From the NCBI GenBank assembly GCA_937926025.1, contig CALANQ010000394.1, positions 1-40,289 of the forward strand: a stretch of 40,289 nt of DNA. Direction: 5' to 3'. Within the stretch, counting starts at the first letter, position 1, and each line of letters begins with the position of its first letter. Both the position numbers and the translations under genes were made by a program. The notes below the pieces were generated by a model that was not told the origin of the DNA, did not search any database, and was given only the letters and a program-made list of their open reading frames with translations. Origin of the DNA: an uncultured Acidimicrobiales bacterium (GTDB lineage: Bacteria; Actinomycetota; Acidimicrobiia; Acidimicrobiales; Iamiaceae). This document shows positions 32,771 through 40,289 of the stretch, piece by piece.

Positions 32771-33757
32771 GTGTTCCCCCAGCGCCGCCTCCGGCGTCTG
32801 CGCCGCACCCCTGCGCTCCGCAGGATGGTGGCGGAGACGCAGCTCACGCCTGCCGACCTGATCGCGCCGCTGTTCGTGCGCGAAGGCGTCACCGAACCGC
32901 AGCCCATCGCCTCGCTTCCCGGGGTCGTGCAGCACACACGGGTCTCGCTCCTCCAGGAGGCCAAGGAGCTGGTGGACCTGGGGATCCCCTCGGTCATCCT
33001 CTTCGGCGTGCCCGAGCACAAGGACGCCGAGGGCAGCGGCGCCAGCGACCCCGACGGCATCGTGCAGCTCGCCGCCCGGGACCTCAAGGATGCGTTCGGC
33101 GACGACCTCGTGGTCATCGCCGACCTGTGTCTCGACGAGTTCACCGACCACGGCCACTGCGGCCTCGTCACCCCCGACGGCACCGTCGACAACGACGCCA
33201 CGCTGGACCGCTACGCCGAGGTCGCCGTGGTCCAGGCCGAGGCCGGCGTCGACATCGTCGCCCCCTCCGGGATGATGGACGGCCAGGTCGCCGCCATCCG
33301 CGACGCGCTCGACGAAGAGGAGTTCGCCGACGTCGCCATCCTCGCCTACGCCGCCAAGTACGCCTCGGCGCTCTACGGCCCGTTCCGCGACGCGGTCGAC
33401 GTGGAGATCGTCGGCGGCGGCGACCGCAAGGCGTACCAGCAGGACCCGGCCAACGTGCGGGAGTCCCTGGAGGAGGTGCGGGCCGACGTCATGGAGGGCG
33501 CGGACCTCATCATGGTGAAGCCGGCGCTGGCCTACCTCGACGTCATCGCCAAGGTGCGGGCCGAGCACGACCTGCCGCTCGCGGCGTACCACGTGTCTGG
33601 GGAGTACGCCATGATCAAGGCGGCGGCGGCCAACGGCTGGATCGACGGCCACCTGGTGGCCATGGAGCACCTCACCTCCATCAAGCGGGCCGGTGCGGAC
33701 CTCATCCTCACCTACCTCGCCCGCGAGGCGGCCGAGGCGCTGGCGGGGTCGCGGTGA
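32771..33757 (+). CDS. hemB: Porphobilinogen synthase (ALA dehydratase)
   Basis: RRLRRLRR, DLCLDEFTDHGHCG, APSGMMDG, KYASALYGPFRDA, YQQDPAN, MVKPA, AYHVSGEYAM. Confidence 0.98.
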   Translation: MFPQRRLRRLRRTPALRRMVAETQLTPADLIAPLFVREGVTEPQPIASLPGVVQHTRVSLLQEAKELVDLGIPSVILFGVPEHKDAEGSGASDPDGIVQLAARDLKDAFGDDLVVIADLCLDEFTDHGHCGLVTPDGTVDNDATLDRYAEVAVVQAEAGVDIVAPSGMMDGQVAAIRDALDEEEFADVAILAYAAKYASALYGPFRDAVDVEIVGGGDRKAYQQDPANVRESLEEVRADVMEGADLIMVKPALAYLDVIAKVRAEHDLPLAAYHVSGEYAMIKAAAANGWIDGHLVAMEHLTSIKRAGADLILTYLAREAAEALAGSR

Positions 33758-35037
33758 CCTCCAACCAGGAGCTGTTCGACCGGGCCAAGCAGGTCATCCC
33801 GGGCGGGGTGAACTCGCCGGTGCGCGCCTTCAACTCGGTGGGCGGCACCCCGTACTTCGTGGCCCGCGCCGAAGGCGCCCGCGTGTGGGACGTCGAGGGG
33901 CGTGAGTACCTCGACCTCGTCCAGTCGTACGGCGCCATCATCGGCGGCCACGCCCACCCCAAGGTGATCGAGGCCATCCGGGCGGCCGCGGGCGACGGCA
34001 CCTCGTACGGCGCGCCCACCGAGCGCGAGGTCCTGCTGGCCGAGGAGATCCGCCGGCGGGTGCCGTCGTGCCAGAAGGTGCGCATGGTGTCCAGCGGCAC
34101 CGAGGCCACCATGACCGCGCTGCGCCTGGCCCGGGGTGCCACCGGCCGCAACCGGGTGGTGAAGTTCGCGGGCAACTACCACGGTCACGGCGACGCGCTG
34201 CTCGCCGAGTCCGGCTCGGCGGTGGCGCACCTCGACCCGGCGCACAGCCCCGGCGGGGTGCCCGGCTCGGCCGGTGTGCCGGCCGCGGCCGTCACCGACA
34301 CCGTCATCGCGCCGTACAACGACGTGCCGGAGCTCGACGACACCGTCGCCTGCGTCATCGTGGAGCCCGTCGCCGCCAACATGGGCCTGGTCGCGCCGGC
34401 CGACGGCTTCCTGGCCGGGCTGCGCGCCGAGTGCGACCGAGTCGGTGCCGTGCTCATCTTCGACGAGGTCATCACCGGTTTCCGCCTCGGCTTCGGCGGA
34501 GCCCAGGAGGCGTTCGGCGTCACCCCGGACCTGACCTGCTTCGGCAAGGTCATCGGCGGCGGCCTCAACGTGGGAGCGTTCGGCGGTCGAGCCGACCTCA
34601 TGGACCACCTGGCGCCCATCGGCTCCGTGTACCAGGCCGGCACGCTGTCGGGGAACCCGCTGGCCACCGCTGCGGGCCTGGCGGCGCTCGGCCTCTGCGA
34701 CCACGACGCCTACCGGTTCCTCATCGGGCAGGCGGAGCGGCTGGCGGCCGGGTTCCAGGGCGCGCTCGACGCCGCCGGGGTCGCCGCCGTGGTCGGCACC
34801 GCCGGTCCGCTCATCGGCCTGCACCTGGGCGCCGCCGCCCCCCGCAACTACGCCGAGGCCCGCACCACCGACGAGGCCGTCTACGCCGCGCTGTTCCACG
34901 CCCTGCTCGACCGCGGGGTCGCCCTGGCGCCGGGCGCCTACGAGGTGATGTTCCCCGGGCTCGCCCACGACGATGCCGTCGTCGACCGCATCATCGAGGT
35001 GGCCGGCGAGGCTGCGGCGGCGGTCGCGGCGGCGTGA
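33754..35037 (+). CDS. hemL: Glutamate-1-semialdehyde 2,1-aminomutase
   Basis: IPGGVNSPVRAF, SSGTEATM, GNYHGH, IFDEVITGFR, FGKVIGGG, YQAGTLSGNP. Confidence 0.98.
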   Translation: MTSNQELFDRAKQVIPGGVNSPVRAFNSVGGTPYFVARAEGARVWDVEGREYLDLVQSYGAIIGGHAHPKVIEAIRAAAGDGTSYGAPTEREVLLAEEIRRRVPSCQKVRMVSSGTEATMTALRLARGATGRNRVVKFAGNYHGHGDALLAESGSAVAHLDPAHSPGGVPGSAGVPAAAVTDTVIAPYNDVPELDDTVACVIVEPVAANMGLVAPADGFLAGLRAECDRVGAVLIFDEVITGFRLGFGGAQEAFGVTPDLTCFGKVIGGGLNVGAFGGRADLMDHLAPIGSVYQAGTLSGNPLATAAGLAALGLCDHDAYRFLIGQAERLAAGFQGALDAAGVAAVVGTAGPLIGLHLGAAAPRNYAEARTTDEAVYAALFHALLDRGVALAPGAYEVMFPGLAHDDAVVDRIIEVAGEAAAAVAAA

Positions 35038-37505
35038 CGCTGGGCGCCCAGCCCCTGGGCCTTCCCGAGGGGCTCGCGCCCGAAGCGCTGCTCGCCGCGC
35101 TCCCGGACTCGGTGATCCTGCTCGACGGCGAGGGCACCATCGTCGGGTTCGGCCCCACCGCCGGCGACACGTTCGGCTGGACGCCCGAGGCGGTCCTGGG
35201 CCGCAGCGTGTTCGAGCTGTTCGCCAAGGCGGCCAACCACGAGCTGCACGTGCAGGCGCTGGCCCACGCCACCGCCACCCCCGGCGTCCACGGACCCATC
35301 GAGGTCACGATGGTCACCCCCGACGGCCGCCTGCGCGAGGCCGAGTTCATGCTGCGCAACGCGCTGGACCAGCCGGGCGTCGGCCGGCTGGTGGTCATCG
35401 GCCGCGACATCACGGACCGGGCCAGCCAGTCCGAGCAGTACCGCCAGCGCGACGCCTGGGCGTCGTCGCTGCTGCGGGGCGCCACCGACCTCATCCTCGT
35501 CACGGACCGCGCCGGCACCATCGCCTACGCCAGCCCGTCGGTCGAGCGCATCCTGGGCTGCCCGGCGGTGGAGATCACCGGACTGCTCATCAGCTCGGTC
35601 GTCCATCCCGACGACCTCCTCGTCGAGCCGGAGGACGGGGTGCACCTGGATCGGGTCCTCGGCACCGGTCCGGGCCGCCAGCGCGTGCTGCGCATGCAGG
35701 CCAGCGACGGCTCGTACAAGCGCCTGCGGATGGAGCGGTCCACCAGCGACGAGCTGGGCGACCACCTCATGCTCCTCACCGGCCGGGAGGTCCAGGGCGA
35801 ACGCGACGCCGCCAACCTGCTCAGCGACCAGACCGTCCTGCTGGAGCGCATCGCTCGCGGGGCGCCGGTCGGGGAATCGCTGCTGGCCGTGGCCGACCTG
35901 GCGGCCCGGCGGCTGGGCGACGGCGAGGTCGTCATCGGCTACTTCGACGGCACCGACTACCGGTCCGAGTCGCCCACCGCGGACGACGAGCTGACCGCGG
36001 TCCTCGACCGCACCGGCATCAGCCGTCCACCGCTCCAGCCGCCGCCTCCGGGCACGGACGTGGTGCGGGGCAACGAGGGCTGGGACTCCGTGGTGAAGGC
36101 GGCCACCGGCGGCCGGTGCGTCCGGGCGTACGCCGTGGACCTCAGCGGTTCGGAGGGCCTGGTGGGCCGCCTGGTCGTGCTGCGCCACCACGCCGACGAC
36201 CTCACCCCCGAGGAGCACGACCTGCTGGCGCTGCTGGCGCACGGCGCCCTGCACGACGAGCTCACCGGGCTGCCGAACCGCCGCTTCCTGCTGGCCCGCC
36301 TGCGCGACGTGTTCCAGGCCGAGGGGGTGCGGGCCGGGCTGCTCTTCGTGGACCTCGACCGGTTCAAGCTCATCAACGACAGCCTCGGGCACGACGCCGG
36401 CGACCAGCTGCTCCAGGAGGTGAGCTACCGCTTCCGTCGGGCCCTGCGCCCGGCCGACCTGGTGGCCCGCGTCGGCGGCGACGAGTTCGTGGTGCTGTGC
36501 CCCGATCTCGAAGGGGTCGACGAGGTCGCCGCGCTCGCCGCCCGCCTCACCGACGCCCTGGCCGCGCCCATCGACCTGCCGGGCGGCCGGGTGGTGGTGT
36601 CGGCCAGCATCGGCGTCGTCCACGCCACGGGCCCCATCGATCCGGCCGAGCTGCTCCAGGACGCCGACCTGGCCATGTACGACGCCAAGGAGAAGGGCCG
36701 CAACCGCACCGCCCTGTTCCACGGCGGGCTGCGAGAGCGGGCGATGGCCCGCCTGGAGGTGGAGAACGCCCTGCGCGACGCCCTGCGCGCCGATGAGATG
36801 GTGCTGCACTTCCAGCCGGTGGTCCGCCTCCGCGACCGCACCATGGTCGGGGTGGAGGCGCTGCTGCGCTGGGAGCGGCCGGGCATCGGGCTGGTGAAGC
36901 CCAGCGCCTTCGTCCCGGTCGCCACCGACACCGGCCTGATCCTCCCGCTCGGGCGCTGGGTCATCGAGCAGGCGTCGCGCCATGCCGCCCGGTGGCCGTC
37001 GCTGGAGGTGGCCGCCAACCTGTCGGCCCGCCAGCTCGCCGACGCAGACCTGGTGGACTTCGTGGCCGACTGCCTGGCCCGCCACCGGGTGCCGCCGCAC
37101 CAGCTGTGCCTGGAGGTCACCGAGGCCGATCTGGTCACCGATCCCGATGCCATCGTGGAGCAGCTCCGCCGGTTCAAGGAGCTGGGCGTGCGCCTGGCCA
37201 TCGACGACTTCGGCACCGGGTTCGCCACGCTGGACTACCTCCGCCGGTTCTCGGCCGCGGACATCCTGAAGGTGGATGCGTCGTTCGTCGCCGGGTTGAG
37301 CGATCCGTCCTCGCACGACCTGGCCATCGTCTCGGCCGCGCTGGTGCTGGCCGACAACCTCGGGTTCGACACCGTCGCCGAGGGCGTGGAGACCGAGGCC
37401 CAGGGCGAGGTGCTGGAGCGGCTCGGGTGCGAGCTGGCCCAGGGCCACCTGTTCAGCCCATCGGTCACCGCCCAGTCCATCGATCAGCTGCTGGCGGCCA
37501 AGTAG
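35034..37505 (+). CDS. PAS-PAS-GAF-GGDEF-EAL c-di-GMP signalling protein
   Basis: Two PAS-like segments (GRDIT; YASPSVERILG..VHPDD), GAF-like LLERIARGAP, HDELTGLPNR, DLDRFKLINDSLGH, GGDEF, EALLRW, DDFGTG, AEGVET. Confidence 0.93.
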   Translation: MTLGAQPLGLPEGLAPEALLAALPDSVILLDGEGTIVGFGPTAGDTFGWTPEAVLGRSVFELFAKAANHELHVQALAHATATPGVHGPIEVTMVTPDGRLREAEFMLRNALDQPGVGRLVVIGRDITDRASQSEQYRQRDAWASSLLRGATDLILVTDRAGTIAYASPSVERILGCPAVEITGLLISSVVHPDDLLVEPEDGVHLDRVLGTGPGRQRVLRMQASDGSYKRLRMERSTSDELGDHLMLLTGREVQGERDAANLLSDQTVLLERIARGAPVGESLLAVADLAARRLGDGEVVIGYFDGTDYRSESPTADDELTAVLDRTGISRPPLQPPPPGTDVVRGNEGWDSVVKAATGGRCVRAYAVDLSGSEGLVGRLVVLRHHADDLTPEEHDLLALLAHGALHDELTGLPNRRFLLARLRDVFQAEGVRAGLLFVDLDRFKLINDSLGHDAGDQLLQEVSYRFRRALRPADLVARVGGDEFVVLCPDLEGVDEVAALAARLTDALAAPIDLPGGRVVVSASIGVVHATGPIDPAELLQDADLAMYDAKEKGRNRTALFHGGLRERAMARLEVENALRDALRADEMVLHFQPVVRLRDRTMVGVEALLRWERPGIGLVKPSAFVPVATDTGLILPLGRWVIEQASRHAARWPSLEVAANLSARQLADADLVDFVADCLARHRVPPHQLCLEVTEADLVTDPDAIVEQLRRFKELGVRLAIDDFGTGFATLDYLRRFSAADILKVDASFVAGLSDPSSHDLAIVSAALVLADNLGFDTVAEGVETEAQGEVLERLGCELAQGHLFSPSVTAQSIDQLLAAK

Positions 37506-37608
37506 GTCTTCGGGCCGCCCCGGAGCGGCCGGGCGGACAGACGGTCGCGGGTGGCACCAGAGAGCCTGTAGAACGCAGGGCACGCCCAACGACCACGAGG
37601 AGCACGTC

Positions 37609-39173
37609 GTGAGCAGTGCCGGAATCCGTCAGATCCGACTCGGAGCGCTGGAGCCGACGGTCGCCGAGGTGCTCGACGACCTCGCCTCCCGCGATGCGGT
37701 CGCCCGGCTCTGGGGCCGCGACCACACCCTCTGGGCGCCCGAGCCCACCGAGATCAGCGATCGCCTCGGCTGGCTCGACGTCCCGGCGGAGATGACCGGT
37801 GCGCTGGAGCTGCTCGACGGGTTCGTGGCCGGCTGCCGGGCCGACGGGTTCACCGACGCCGTGGTCATGGGCATGGGCGGCTCGAGCCTGTTCCCCGAGG
37901 TCATCGCCCGGTCGTTCCCCACGGGGGACCGGGGTCTGCGGCTGCACGTGCTCGACAGCACCGATCCGGCGGCCGTCGGCCACATCGCCGCCCACCTCCA
38001 CCCGGACACCACGCTCTACCTGGCCTCCTCGAAGTCGGGCTCCACGGTGGAGACGCGCAGCCACCTGGACTTCTTCTGGGAGCGGGTCGGTCGGGGCGAC
38101 CACTTCGCCGTGGTCACCGATCCGGGCTCCGCGCTGGGGGCGCTGGCCCGCGAGCGCGGGTTCCGCCACGTGTTCGAGAACCGGCCCGACATCGGTGGCC
38201 GCTACTCGGCGCTGAGCTTCTTCGGGCTGGTCCCCGCCGCCCTCGCCGGCATCGACTGGATGGCCCTGGTGGCGGCGGCGCAGCAGGTCACGCCCTCGCT
38301 CCGGTCACCGGATCCGGCGGTCAACGTCGGGCTGCGGCTCGGCGCCGCGCTGGCCGCCGGCGTGAAGGCCGGCCGGGACAAGGCAACCCTGGTCATCGAC
38401 CCCCGCATCGAGACGTTCGGCCTGTGGCTGGAGCAGCTGCTGGCCGAGTCCACCGGCAAGCAGGGCACCGGCGTGGTGCCCGTCGCCGGCGAGGCGCTCG
38501 GCCCCGTCGACGTGTACGGCAGCGACCGGCTGTTCGTGTCCATCGGCGACGTGGAGCACCCGGTCGGCCTCGACGTCCTGGCCGACGAGGGCCACCCGGT
38601 CATCGAGCTGGACCTCGACGATCCCCTCGACCTCGGTGCCCAGGTCCTGGTGTGGGAGGTCGCCACCGCCGTGTGCGGCGCCGTCCTCGGCATCAACGCC
38701 TTCGACCAGCCCAACGTGGCCGAGGCCAAGGCCGCCACCAACGCCGTCCTCGCCGACGGTGCCGGCGATCTGCCCGGTGCCACCCTGGCCGAGGTCCTGC
38801 TGCTCCTCCAGCCCGGCGACTACCTGGCGCTGCAGGCCTACGTCGACCCGAACGACGACGACGTCGCCGCCCTCGAGGAGATCCGCCTGGAGCTGCGCGA
38901 CGAGCACAAGGTGGCCACCACCTTCGGGCTCGGCCCGCGGTTCCTGCACTCCACCGGCCAGCTCCACAAGGGCGGCCCGCCCACCGGCGTGTTCCTCCAG
39001 GTGGTGGGCGACGATCCGTCCGATGCCGCCATCCCGGGCCAGGAGTTCACGTTCTCGCAACTCAAGCACGCCCAGGCTGACGGAGACTTGCTCACGCTCG
39101 ATCGCCACGGGCTGCGCGCCTGCCGCACCACCCTGGCCGAGCTGACCCGACACGTGGAAGAGGGAGACGCACG

Positions 39174-39177
<4 letters not shown>
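37609..39177 (+). CDS. pgi: Glucose-6-phosphate isomerase (type resembling the PGI half of transaldolase-PGI fusions)
   Basis: RLGWLD, GMGGSSL, SSKSGSTVET, VTDPGS, IGGRYSALS, EQLLAESTGK, FDQPNVAEAK, GPRFLHSTGQLHKGG. Confidence 0.9.
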
Positions 39178-40082
<905 letters not shown>

Positions 40083-40091
40083 GCAGGGACG

Positions 40092-40289
40092 ATGAGCAAG
40101 GAACGATCCGACGCGCTGGTGCTCTTCGGGGCCACCGGCGACCTGGCCCACAAGAAGATCTTCCCGTCGCTGTACGCCATGGAGGTCGACGGGCTGCTCG
40201 AGGTGCCCGTCATCGGCGTGGCCTCCTCGGCCGGCGACGACGAGTTCCTCCGGGACAAGGTCCGGGCCTCCCTGGCTGAGCAGGTGACC
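40092..40289 (+). CDS. zwf: Glucose-6-phosphate 1-dehydrogenase (5' part; runs off window edge)
   Basis: Manual translation MSKERSDALVLFGATGDLAHKKIFPSLY contains the G6PDH GATGDLA motif; follows gnd. Confidence 0.92.
   Translation, partial: MSKERSDALVLFGATGDLAHKKIFPSLYAMEVDGLLEVPVIGVASSAGDDEFLRDKVRASLAEQVT

Noticed and set aside
33121-33165. HemB metal motif DLCLDEFTDHGHCG with Asp in place of the second Cys
   Set aside because: This variant is common in actinobacterial HemB and is not novel.

Overview
This is very GC-rich actinobacterial DNA. Gene content and style suggest Acidimicrobiia, which is an inference. Positions 1-25.4 kb hold an almost complete aerobic (late cobalt insertion) cobalamin biosynthesis cluster: cobT, Thr-phosphate decarboxylase, cbiB/cobD, cobS, cobU, a ribazole-phosphatase-like gene, cobO, cobB, cobGHIJ, cobK, cbtAB, cobF, cobN with a ChlI/ChlD-type partner, cobQ, CbiG_C/cobE, cobL, cobM and cobA-hemD. 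It carries three cobalamin riboswitches, an FhuF-like 2Fe-2S gene and an inserted DUF4160/DUF2442 toxin-antitoxin-like pair. Downstream lie psuG-pfkB-HAD, an AAA-LuxR regulator, a VOC/TetR pair, a hemerythrin-domain gene, hemB-hemL coupled to a PAS-PAS-GAF-GGDEF-EAL gene, and pgi-gnd-zwf. The most notable item is a second CobI/CbiL-like methyltransferase fused to an N-terminal ribbon-helix-helix DNA-binding domain (22980-23900). A CGTAGGGYA motif occurs as a direct repeat over its own divergent promoter and as a perfect inverted repeat in front of cobGHIJ, and neither promoter has a riboswitch. This points to a possibly undescribed precorrin/SAM-sensing transcription regulator of corrin ring synthesis. 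All calls are from motif recognition by eye; no searches were run.
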